Below are positions 27,679 to 37,069 of a DNA stretch of 64,000 nt, one piece after another. The DNA comes from Bacteroidia bacterium (lineage in GTDB: Bacteria; Bacteroidota; Bacteroidia; M30B66). Each line of letters starts with the position of its first letter. Position 1 is the stretch's first letter. Both the position numbers and the translations under genes were made by a program. The notes under the pieces are model-generated. The model was not told the origin of the DNA. It did no database searches and saw only the letters and a program-made list of their open reading frames with translations. The stretch covers positions 2,592,001 to 2,656,000 of the forward strand of contig OZ257142.1 of the NCBI GenBank assembly GCA_965279035.1, written 5' to 3'.

Positions 27679-29109
27679 TTAAAAAACGGCTAATTTAATT
27701 TCAGAGAATTCGTCCATACAATAACGAATTCCTTCTTTGCCTATACCGCTTTCTTTCGTTCCTCCGTATGGCATATGATCCATTCTAAATCCCGGAGCAG
27801 CATTGAAAATAACACTTCCAAATTCTAGTTTTTCAAATGCGTATTTAAAACGATTGATATTGGAAGTAAAAATGCCGCATTGTAAACCATAAGCACTTGC
27901 ATTGGCTAGGTCTATTCCATGTTCAAGATTGCGAACAGTTTCTAATATTGCTAATGGACCAAATAGTTCTTCGCAAACCAATTTCATATCGGGACTTGTA
28001 CGAGTGATGATAGTTGGAGAAAAAATTCGTGATTCATTATCAAGGACTTGTCCTCCGAAAAGTATTTCAGCACCCATTCGTGTTGCTTCTAGAATCCATT
28101 CGTTCATTCGTTGAATCGCATTGGAATCGATCATTGGACCATTTACAGTATACTCGTCGTTTGGATCTCCGCTTCGTATGCGAGAGGTTTCGGATAGAAA
28201 TAAATCTTTGAATTCTTCAGCAACACTTTCAACTACATAGATTCTTTGTGTGGAAATACATATTTGTCCAGCAAAGAGAAAGGCTCCACGAGCAACTTGC
28301 CTGGCAGCATCGGCTAAATCGGCTGTTTCATCTATAACAACTGGAGCATTTCCACCTAATTCGAGCAGCACTTTCTTTTTGCCAGCAAGCTGTTTCAAAT
28401 GCCAGCCAACAAGTGAACTTCCAGTAAATGAAAGCACAGTAAAACGAGGATCTTTCACAAGTTTTTCGGCAACAGGAATATCACACACAATCACATTCAC
28501 AGCGCCCGATGGTGCTCCGGCTTCGGCAATCAATCCAGCTAAAATTAACAAGGAAAGTGGTGATTGAGGTGCTGCTTTTAAAACGATACTAGTACCAATA
28601 GCTAATGCAGGTATGATCTTATGTAATGCGAGATTCAAGGGGAAATTAAACGGCGAAATTCCTAAAATGGGACCTGTTGGAAATCGTTTGGTAATTGCCA
28701 TCTTCCCTATTCCAAGTCCAGCATTCATCGGCACAACTTCACCTTCGGCTTTCCAAATTTCTCGAATTCCTGCATCGATAGTTGAAATACTACGTTCCAA
28801 TTCTTGACGAGCAAATGCAATGGGTTTACCCGATTCTGCAACTATCAATTTTGAAAAATCCTCTTTTCTAGCAGCTAAAAGATTTTTCATGTTTTGCAAC
28901 AATGCTGCTCGTTGATCCAAATTGAGCTTTCGCATTTCTTGAAAACCATTCAATGCTGAAGCAATAGTTTCATCTGCTTGTTGATTATTGATTTGTGGAA
29001 CACGCGCAATAATCTCGTTTGTGAATTTATTGGTAACAAGCAGATCGTGTCCGCTAAGCTGCGTCAAATAGCGATTCGCAATAAAAGGGAAAGGTTGGAA
29101 AGTGAGCAT
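27679..29109 (-). CDS. Aldehyde dehydrogenase family protein (GapN/lactaldehyde DH-like)
   Basis: ISPFNFPLNL, FTGS, LELGGNAP, GQICIS, EELFGP, PYGGTKESGIGKEG. Confidence 0.93.
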   Translation of the reverse strand: MLTFQPFPFIANRYLTQLSGHDLLVTNKFTNEIIARVPQINNQQADETIASALNGFQEMRKLNLDQRAALLQNMKNLLAARKEDFSKLIVAESGKPIAFARQELERSISTIDAGIREIWKAEGEVVPMNAGLGIGKMAITKRFPTGPILGISPFNFPLNLALHKIIPALAIGTSIVLKAAPQSPLSLLILAGLIAEAGAPSGAVNVIVCDIPVAEKLVKDPRFTVLSFTGSSLVGWHLKQLAGKKKVLLELGGNAPVVIDETADLADAARQVARGAFLFAGQICISTQRIYVVESVAEEFKDLFLSETSRIRSGDPNDEYTVNGPMIDSNAIQRMNEWILEATRMGAEILFGGQVLDNESRIFSPTIITRTSPDMKLVCEELFGPLAILETVRNLEHGIDLANASAYGLQCGIFTSNINRFKYAFEKLEFGSVIFNAAPGFRMDHMPYGGTKESGIGKEGIRYCMDEFSEIKLAVF

Positions 29110-29136
29110 GCTTGTAGGAATAAATAATGCTTCAAA

Positions 29137-32100
29137 TTAACGAATAAGTGTCACTGTTCCTGCTGTTGTGAACCATTGTTTATCGGTCCATTGAACTTCT
29201 ACAATCCAACCATAAACACCACTTTGAACAGTTCTACCATTGAGTTTTCCATCCCATCCTTTATCCAAGCCATCTGATTCGAAAATTACTTTTCCACTTC
29301 GTTCATATATCCACATATGGAAATCGATTATTCCAGTTCCTCTTGCTAAAAAGACTTCATTCAGTCCATCGTTATTGACTGTGAAAGCACTCGGCAAATA
29401 CACTTTAAATGGTTCTTTGAGGCAAATTGTTTCTTCCTTTTTATTCGAACATCCATTACTATCAGCCACATCGAGCACAATAACATATTCGCCATAGGTG
29501 CTGTATGAATGCGTTGGATTTTCTCCAGAAACATAGGGAATGATTGTTCCATCCCCAAAATTCCAAGTTCCTTGTGTAGCGCCGGTACTTAAATCGATAA
29601 AATTAATGTCTTTGATTTCTTCGGGAATGCAAGGATAGTCGGGATTTACTGAGAATTGAGATTTTACTAATGGAAATCCGGGAATGGTAATTAAAGTATC
29701 AATAGAACAAGAATTAACTGTATCAATAATTTGAGTGATATAGCTATTCGATGCTAATCCGGGAAGTTGATTTCCTGTTTGATAGGTTTGATTTTGCCAT
29801 TGAATTTGATAATTCACTCCGTGACCTCCACTTATATTAACAAAGCCTAATTCGCCATAACAAAGTGAATCACTTGTTGAAATGGAATAATCAATTTTAG
29901 GACTTACATAAATGGAAACTGTATCGCGCAATAAGGAGCAACCATCTGAAATTGTAATTTGATAATCTGTTGGAATTATTGGACTTACAACTTGTTGAGT
30001 TAATGGTTGAAGTCCTTGATTCCAGGAATATGTAATGAGATTTCCATTTCCGCCGAAGGCATTCACTTGAATGGAAGCATAATCACCATAACACAATGAA
30101 TCTTTTGAAACTGTTAAAGAATATCCAATTGCTGGTCCTACGGTAATGAGCACCGAATCGATACTTCTGCAATAGCCTTGTCCTGTTTCTGAATACAACC
30201 AATGATCGCCTTCGCCTGCAATCAAGGGATTAAACTGATCGGATAAAACAGAGCCAGTTCCATAATACAAGGCATTGGATGGCTGAATATCTATGGCGTA
30301 AAGTGAATCAGTAAAACACAAAATGCCCGAAGGCCCGTCAATGCTGGCTTGAATAAACGATTCAACAGGTATCAGAAAAGTATCGCGACAACCTTGCGAT
30401 GTTTCGTAATGAATTTCATGAATTCCAAGACCTGCACTAGATGGATCAAACGTGCTTGAATTATTCACGATTCCATCACCCGAAAACTGACCACCTGAAG
30501 CATAATTGGGGACTTGAATTTCGATTGTTGGGGCAACTTCACAAACTGTTTGAATATCTGGAATAAAGGATTTTTGAATGATGAATAAACTGGTATCACT
30601 GCAAGAATTCACATCGAAAACAAGGGGGTAAATTCCAGCATTGAGTAGTAGAGGATCAAAATAAGCTGAGTCTGGATTACTCCCATTGATCACTCCTGAA
30701 CCCGACCAGATTCCAGTCCAAGGATCTGTTTGTAGCATAATGTGGTTGAGTAAAGTTCCGTTTTGACCACTACAGAAAAACAAAGAATCCAAGCCAATGT
30801 TTGTGTAAACAACGTAAATGGTCATTGTATCGCTGCAGCCATTGGGATGTGAGTAGATTAAATCCGTAGTGAAATCGCTACTGTCTGCATCACCCGGAAA
30901 AAACATTCCAGTCAATGAATCTGATATTCCTTGCCCAGACCAAATTCCTCCAAGGGGAGTAAAATCAACCAACAGAAATGAATCTTGGGTTGGACAAGCC
31001 GTTCGATCCCATCCTGCAAAAATTTCTTTTACATATACCTGAACAATCTGCGAACAACCATTCAATGAATAAGTAAGGTTGATAAGACCTGCATTTGTTT
31101 CTCCGGGATCAAAAACTCCCAATAATGAATCGACTATTCCTTCGCCCGACCAGCGTCCACCGGGTGGATTTAGCGAATAAATTTGAGAGTCATCACTCTG
31201 ACAAAGCGTATCAACCAAAACTGGAACATTGGAAATATCATCCACATAAATGGTTAAATCTTCAGAACAACCATTCACCGAATAGGTAACGGTATAAACA
31301 CCGGGTGCAATGGGATCGAAAATTCCAGAATTGCTGATGTTGGGGCCAGACCAAGTTCCACCGAGAGGGCTAAAACCCAAGACCTGAAAAGCCGAAGTTC
31401 CCGGACAAGCTGCTTGAGCAAATCCAGCATTGATAGGCAAAACAGTAATATCAACCAAAGTTGTACAACCAAAAGATGGATTAATAGGCAAATAATATCC
31501 GGGCTGATTTAATCCTGCGTTGGCTGAATCTCCTAAAAAAGTACCAGCCAATGTGTCGATAATTCCAGAACCAATCCACCATCCACCCAATGGATTTGCA
31601 GTTAAATCAAAAGCAGGATCCGATTGACAAATGCTCATTGGAGCTGGAACTGTAGCTGGCTGAAATACGGTAATTGTAGTCGAACCGCTTGCTGCTAGCG
31701 CCGGAGAGGTATCATCAACAGTTAACGTAAAGGTGCTAGTTGTTAATGGGCAAACTTGCTGAGGATTGCCAGAATAAGGCATTCCATTACTCCAAGAATA
31801 GCTATAATTTCCATCACCGCCCGTTACATTGATTTCGAAATTGGTGCAATCACCAAAGCAAAGGCTATCGGTCGTTGGACTGAGCGTAACGACAATTGGA
31901 CAATCATCTACCTGAAAATTATCGAAACTGGTAAAATTCCAGAGACTATCGCAGGCATCCCAATAATGAGTAGTAAAAGCAAGTTGATACGTTCCGCCCA
32001 AATTGAGACCGGTAGCAAATGTAACTTGAACTTGTTGCGTACTATCACCAATACAATTGATAGGTTGTGCCGAAAGGATAGGTTGATCGAGAGCGCCAGT

Positions 32101-32652
32101 GAGTTCGAATGCGGATGCATATACTGAATCGCAGGCGACATATTTACTCAAATTGATGATTGCCGTACTACTTGAACATGCTGGAATTGGAATAACAGCA
32201 TCTATTTGAGGTGGAACGGGAGGAACAACTTCAGTCGTCCAATGAGCTTCCCAACCAGTACATGCAACACTGGCATCTGTTACAAAATGTAAAGTGATGC
32301 ATCCACTTGTAATAGTATGACTAGGTGGTAAAATTGTGCCTCCGTAGGGTGGACCAATTTGAGGATCGAGATAGGATGAACCAGCGTGAAAGGTAAGTGT
32401 GTCGGAACTTTGCTCAACACAAAATTCATCAAAACTTAAGGTCAATGTTCCGGGTGCATCTAAACAAATTGTAAATGATTCATTGGCATTGTGATGATAA
32501 TTTAATCCATCACCCCCATCATCGTATAAAATCCCTTTGCATTCGGTGACAGTAGTATCCGACATATTGAATTCCAGTTGTGCTAATAGATTTTCTGCTC
32601 CGCAAATCAGCAGAAAAAACAAGGCTAGCACATGACTGAAATTGATTTTCAT
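29137..32652 (-). CDS. T9SS type-B (gliding-motility CTD) surface protein with CUB-like, Ig-like repeat and PKD domains
   Basis: Start corrected to MKINFSH at 32652 (ATGA overlap). GILYDDGG CUB-like domain, WNFGDG PKD domain, YLPSAFTVNNDGLNEVF...GWDG...GTVTLIR CTD. Confidence 0.88.
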   Translation of the reverse strand: MKINFSHVLALFFLLICGAENLLAQLEFNMSDTTVTECKGILYDDGGDGLNYHHNANESFTICLDAPGTLTLSFDEFCVEQSSDTLTFHAGSSYLDPQIGPPYGGTILPPSHTITSGCITLHFVTDASVACTGWEAHWTTEVVPPVPPQIDAVIPIPACSSSTAIINLSKYVACDSVYASAFELTGALDQPILSAQPINCIGDSTQQVQVTFATGLNLGGTYQLAFTTHYWDACDSLWNFTSFDNFQVDDCPIVVTLSPTTDSLCFGDCTNFEINVTGGDGNYSYSWSNGMPYSGNPQQVCPLTTSTFTLTVDDTSPALAASGSTTITVFQPATVPAPMSICQSDPAFDLTANPLGGWWIGSGIIDTLAGTFLGDSANAGLNQPGYYLPINPSFGCTTLVDITVLPINAGFAQAACPGTSAFQVLGFSPLGGTWSGPNISNSGIFDPIAPGVYTVTYSVNGCSEDLTIYVDDISNVPVLVDTLCQSDDSQIYSLNPPGGRWSGEGIVDSLLGVFDPGETNAGLINLTYSLNGCSQIVQVYVKEIFAGWDRTACPTQDSFLLVDFTPLGGIWSGQGISDSLTGMFFPGDADSSDFTTDLIYSHPNGCSDTMTIYVVYTNIGLDSLFFCSGQNGTLLNHIMLQTDPWTGIWSGSGVINGSNPDSAYFDPLLLNAGIYPLVFDVNSCSDTSLFIIQKSFIPDIQTVCEVAPTIEIQVPNYASGGQFSGDGIVNNSSTFDPSSAGLGIHEIHYETSQGCRDTFLIPVESFIQASIDGPSGILCFTDSLYAIDIQPSNALYYGTGSVLSDQFNPLIAGEGDHWLYSETGQGYCRSIDSVLITVGPAIGYSLTVSKDSLCYGDYASIQVNAFGGNGNLITYSWNQGLQPLTQQVVSPIIPTDYQITISDGCSLLRDTVSIYVSPKIDYSISTSDSLCYGELGFVNISGGHGVNYQIQWQNQTYQTGNQLPGLASNSYITQIIDTVNSCSIDTLITIPGFPLVKSQFSVNPDYPCIPEEIKDINFIDLSTGATQGTWNFGDGTIIPYVSGENPTHSYSTYGEYVIVLDVADSNGCSNKKEETICLKEPFKVYLPSAFTVNNDGLNEVFLARGTGIIDFHMWIYERSGKVIFESDGLDKGWDGKLNGRTVQSGVYGWIVEVQWTDKQWFTTAGTVTLIR

Positions 32653-33095
32653 TGGCGCTTTATAACAATCGCGTCGGTTGTAACTGAAGTGCTCCAATCG
32701 CCTTTTTGATCGCGTAGGCGGATGGTGAAATTGACCGATTCATAATCTCCGTTTCCTAGGAGAAATAAAGAATTGAGCTTTACTTTTATTTGTCCACGAA
32801 TGAAGAGTTCTTTTCCATCGGGGCTTAATGGTTGAATGTGAAATAGATCGGCTGTACTTAAACGTGAGTCTTTGATTTCAAGATCGTTCACATCAGGATC
32901 GATACTTCCGATATCGCCGTTAATATCTTCATATTGTATTGTAACAAAAGCAGAATCTTGAAATTGAATCAATGAATCGGGAGTGATAGATAAAACGCCA
33001 ATTACAGGTGCTGCTGGATTATTCACCTTTTCTTTTTCGCTGCAGGCAAAGAGTAGAAAGCAACTTAGAAATCCGAAAATAAGTGGCTTCATCAT
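32649..33095 (-). CDS. Hypothetical lipoprotein (Ig-like, YEDINGDIG motif)
   Basis: Start corrected to MMKPLIFGFLSCFLLFAC at 33095 (lipobox; ATGA overlap with the upstream stop). Confidence 0.78.
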   Translation of the reverse strand: MMKPLIFGFLSCFLLFACSEKEKVNNPAAPVIGVLSITPDSLIQFQDSAFVTIQYEDINGDIGSIDPDVNDLEIKDSRLSTADLFHIQPLSPDGKELFIRGQIKVKLNSLFLLGNGDYESVNFTIRLRDQKGDWSTSVTTDAIVIKRQ

Positions 33096-34036
33096 TCTCC
33101 GATTTGAAATGAATAAAAATGTTTGATGTATTCGGCACTTCCGTTCGAAGGCATTTCGGTAGGTGATGAAGCTGCATCTTGCACATAAGCGCGAATAAAC
33201 CAAGGTTGTGTTCCTGAAATACCGGCGAGCGAAAGCGTGAATTTATGTCGAAATGGAACTTGATTTCCTGAATAGCCTAATTCTGAAACAGCATTTACTA
33301 AACTTAGATTTTGCTCAGCTACCGATGAAAAATCATTCATGTAAGAACCACATTTCACTTTTAAATACGTGAGTTGATCAATGGCGGTTTGATCATCTGT
33401 TATGGATAGCCAAACATCGACAGCACTTGTTCCAACAGGAATAACAATAGAACCTGAAGTTGAATTCCTTGGAAAAGGATTGGTACTTCCTACGGATGAA
33501 ATAAAGATTCCTTGAAGTTGTGGTGGTAAATCGAAATCAGCAGGAGCATTTCCGAAAATATCTTTGGCTCCGTTTTGAATCCAGTTTTGAATGTTTTCGA
33601 TGTATTGCGCTTTTTTGGAATTCCAATCGGAAGATGGTTCTAAAACCAAAGGCATTATGCCAGATTGTCCATCAATATCAATCATCAATCGTTGATATAA
33701 AATGGAATTTTGATAATCGCCCGGAACAACACGGTAGGTATAGTTTCCAGCAGGAGAATTCTTAATTATCGGACGTAATACAAGCGTATTGTAAGTGCTT
33801 TCGGGTGTTCTAAAATCAGGTTCAAAGGTTCCGTCGTGGCAGCCTGAATTGGCACAGGTAGGAGCAAAAATAGCTTGATGCAATCCTGCTAAAGAATTAG
33901 GATCGGGCACTGAATGATGATTCGATGTATCTGTTGGTTGGTTGACAATAAGGTCGTACGGATTTTCTTTTTCTGCCTTTTTACAAGCAAAAAGAAGAAG
34001 TAAACTAAAGAAAATTGCAAAGCGCATTGGAATCAT
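33092..34036 (-). CDS. Cytochrome c-like lipoprotein (CX4CH)
   Basis: LFAC lipobox, IFAPTCANSGCHDG, VVPGDYQNSILYQRL, MP, IQNWIQNGA. Confidence 0.8.
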   Translation of the reverse strand: MIPMRFAIFFSLLLLFACKKAEKENPYDLIVNQPTDTSNHHSVPDPNSLAGLHQAIFAPTCANSGCHDGTFEPDFRTPESTYNTLVLRPIIKNSPAGNYTYRVVPGDYQNSILYQRLMIDIDGQSGIMPLVLEPSSDWNSKKAQYIENIQNWIQNGAKDIFGNAPADFDLPPQLQGIFISSVGSTNPFPRNSTSGSIVIPVGTSAVDVWLSITDDQTAIDQLTYLKVKCGSYMNDFSSVAEQNLSLVNAVSELGYSGNQVPFRHKFTLSLAGISGTQPWFIRAYVQDAASSPTEMPSNGSAEYIKHFYSFQIGE

Positions 34037-35375
34037 ATTCGTTCGAATAATGAGCGAGCGCCCGATTGAATTAAACCAGCATTCATCACTTCATCTTTTA
34101 CCCCTAAAATATCGGCAATGGTTGGAACATTATCGGAAGTAAAACCAACAGGATTTGATTCAGAACCAATCACCAAATTCGAAGGAACCGAAGGACCAGC
34201 CATCAAAGTAAACACACGAGAAGAATTCAAATCACTGTGATCATAAGCATACCAATCGTTCACGTCTTTAATTGGGTTGTGATTTAGATTCCTGCCACAT
34301 TCGGGAGAAGCAATGATGATGGTATCATTTGCCATTCCAGGAATTTGTGTTTGTAGATAATTCCAAAGATGACCAACAGCATGATCGGCACGATGAAGAG
34401 CACGTAAGTAACCTGTAAAGTCGCTATGGCAACCATCAACGCCACTTAAGTTGACAACTGTAATAGCCGGTTGAAAAACGCGCATCACTTCACAAGCAAA
34501 ACCAATCGAAATGGCATCGCTATCATCGGTAACTGAAGGAAATGGAATCGCACCTTGAGTTACACGATCGTAGGTATCGCGCATGAACTGTTTGATTTGT
34601 TGTTTTTCCTCTTCTGTATTTCCAAGTGAATCGCTCCCCTGCCCTACGCTATTAAAGCTTTGATCAAGAAAGTATTTCATTTGGTACATTGATTGAGTTC
34701 ATTTTCGGGATGATACACTTTCGCATTGGAAAGATGTTCAAAGCCAAGATTTCCAAATGTGACCGTTGGTGCAAAGAAATTCGCCCCGTATTGAGAACCG
34801 TAATTAGGATGATTGCTATAATTGAGCAATGGGATTGAGTTTCCGATTCCATTTCCGATAAACCAAGCATCTGTAGCTGAATAGCCACCGTGACGTCGGA
34901 GATATTCGAAAATTGTAGGATTAACGGGCTTTTGCTTTAAACCTTGAGTTGTTACAGTACTTCCTTGCAGCAGGTTATTCAATCCACCATAATGTCCGTT
35001 GGATTGGCTACCCACTTCTTTAAACAAAATACCTTGAGATTGTAGTGTTTGATTGAGAATGCGAGGTATTGGTGTTCCGCCAGAAGCTCCGCCACCTTGA
35101 TCGGTTCCGTAGACAATTTTATTGGTTGGAGCATCCCCATCGAGCATGTTGTACATTACATTACCTTCCCATGGCAAACCTTGAGAATCGCTGAGGTAGC
35201 GTTGAAGCACGGATTCTTGTTGACGAACACCGCCAGCAAAAAGTACATACACCACATGACTAGCAATTTGTCGCCCTGTAGAGGCAAATAATCTACCGGA
35301 TGGAAGTATGTAAGGAGCTGCAAAAGCCCCAGCAGAAGCGATTCCGGCAGCCCGGATAAAACGGCGACGATTCAT
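34033..35375 (-). pseudogene. Tat-exported DUF1501-like protein split by a 1-nt frameshift (ORFs 34677-35375 and 34033-34689); pseudogene or assembly error
   Basis: MNRRRFI Tat signal and HVVYVLFAGG in the 5' half; DGCH..ADHAVG, TIIIASPECGRN, YDH and MAGP in the 3' half. The 1343-nt span is one base short of 448 codons. Confidence 0.7.
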
Positions 35376-35381
35376 AGGCGG

Positions 35382-35879
35382 CTAGTAATACAGGTATTCG
35401 TTTGATAATGCAAAGGAGAAATACACCATTTCGGCACTGAGTTGAGGATGTGCTTCAATGAAATTGCGAAACCAGGTAATTTCAGCTTCTGAGGGAATGC
35501 GTACAAAAAAGCGCTCGTAGGTATCACGAATGAATTTATCCGGATTGGAGCGCATGGTTGAATCGGTTGGAAGTGAAACCGAAGGATTATTCATGAAATT
35601 GGAAATCAGCACTTCGCGTCCGAGTTCTTTATCTCCAATGGATTCAAGACAATCGATAATTTCTACGAGTTTATTCCCCGATAAGGCTTGCTGAAAAAGG
35701 TTAGTATATAGAATCGAAACATATTGTTCCTGCGATTTGACTTTATTTTTCGCACCAATAGATGGATAGAGTTTGATTTGATTTAATTCAAATTGATCAG
35801 GCTCAGCTTCTTTTTTGCAACTGCTCGCCCCAACAAGAACAAACCATAAAATCACTATGAAAAATGATTGCTTTTTCAT
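35382..35879 (-). CDS. Hypothetical helical lipoprotein
   Basis: ASSC lipobox; FIRDTYERFFVRIPSEAE and FALSNEYLYY resemble the repeats in the upstream gene. Confidence 0.8.
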   Translation of the reverse strand: MKKQSFFIVILWFVLVGASSCKKEAEPDQFELNQIKLYPSIGAKNKVKSQEQYVSILYTNLFQQALSGNKLVEIIDCLESIGDKELGREVLISNFMNNPSVSLPTDSTMRSNPDKFIRDTYERFFVRIPSEAEITWFRNFIEAHPQLSAEMVYFSFALSNEYLYY

Positions 35880-35882
35880 TGT

Positions 35883-36812
35883 CTAGAAATTAGCGTATTC
35901 GTTTGTAATGATGAGTCTTTTTTGCAATGCTTTCAGATCGTTGTCTTGTCCGAATAGCAACATTTCATCGTAAATTTCTGCTGAACTTGGATTTCGTCCA
36001 AGGTAGGTTTGGAATGCCCAAATGATAGTTCCTTCGCGGCATTCACGGCTTTGAGTTATGAGAGAAACATACTCTGTTTTATTTTCACCACTGGAATTAA
36101 AGAGCACACCGGCAATATTACTTTCAACCATATTGTAGGCAATATCAAATTCGGCAGCACTCGGAAAACGATAAAACAAATCGTTGAAACTCGCATTGAC
36201 GAAATTGAAAGAATTCATATTGATGATGTCGTAAATCGCATTATTGATCATGGCTGCATATTGCTGTTGTAGGGTAATTTCGCCAGCCATATAACGGGTT
36301 GCTGAGAGTAATACATTTTCCATTAAGTGATAGCGTCCCATATCTTCTTCATAACCAGAAGTATTTCCACTTAATGAATCGCTAATGGCATTGCTTCGAT
36401 AAATTCCTGCTTGCTGAATTAATTGAGCTTCTGAAACACCATCAAGAAAGCGGATTTTACCTAAATCGTAGAGTCGTTTGTGATAGGCGAGTGTGTAGGA
36501 AGTATCGCCATCACGGAAGGTTGTATCCGTCATCAGTTTGTCAACCAAAGCAGCTCGAGCTTCAGCATTGGCATTTCCCGATTGTACAGCGGCAGTTTGA
36601 AGATCCATTTCAGCATCGGTTGGTTCACGCCCAATAAGATCGATGTATGTTCGATTGACGAAATTTCGAACCTTCACCGAGGATACTGAATTATAAGCTG
36701 GAGGAGTATTATTGGTATATAAATCTGAGCTTTCCTTTTTACAAGAGAAAACCAGCATGCTAGTCATTAGAAGAAATACAAAGAGAAGTCCTTGAGCTAT
36801 TTTCAACCGCAT
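35883..36812 (-). CDS. Lipoprotein with DUF1549/DUF1553-like helical repeats
   Basis: VFSC lipobox; FVNRTYIDLIGREPTDAE, FNDLFYRFPSAAE, FQTYLGRNPSSAE; ends ITNEYANF. Confidence 0.75.
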   Translation of the reverse strand: MRLKIAQGLLFVFLLMTSMLVFSCKKESSDLYTNNTPPAYNSVSSVKVRNFVNRTYIDLIGREPTDAEMDLQTAAVQSGNANAEARAALVDKLMTDTTFRDGDTSYTLAYHKRLYDLGKIRFLDGVSEAQLIQQAGIYRSNAISDSLSGNTSGYEEDMGRYHLMENVLLSATRYMAGEITLQQQYAAMINNAIYDIINMNSFNFVNASFNDLFYRFPSAAEFDIAYNMVESNIAGVLFNSSGENKTEYVSLITQSRECREGTIIWAFQTYLGRNPSSAEIYDEMLLFGQDNDLKALQKRLIITNEYANF

Positions 36813-36995
36813 AATTCGAACGAAGAATGGTACAAGTTAAACCTGAAACAACCTCAATCCAAATTATTATTTTCTGTAACTCACAGAATTCGTGTAAGAA
36901 ATAGAATATCTGTAAACAACAGCATAAAATTAACAAACACGCAAATGCCTAATATTCAAAAGTTAAGATGCTAAGCTCGTTTATAGAACAAGAAT

Positions 36996-37028
36996 AAAAA
37001 AAGCCTCAAACAGGAATATGTAAGAGGC
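36996..37028 (-). terminator. Probable weak terminator after the methyltransferase
   Basis: Minus strand GCCTC...GAGGC followed by T7; short stem. Confidence 0.45.
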
Positions 37029-37069
37029 ATTTTGTTTTGAAAATGAATGCGTGTAGGGAAACTTACAGG

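Noticed and set aside
32649-33203. ORF-track starts at 33203 and 32697
   Set aside because: They overlap upstream genes. Internal ATGs at 33095 and 32652 give proper signal peptides and ATGA coupling.
34664-34888. 74-aa ORF as a separate gene, or programmed frameshifting at the DUF1501-like junction
   Set aside because: It is a third-frame ORF inside the real gene with no protein-like features, and no canonical slippery heptamer lies in the permitted window.
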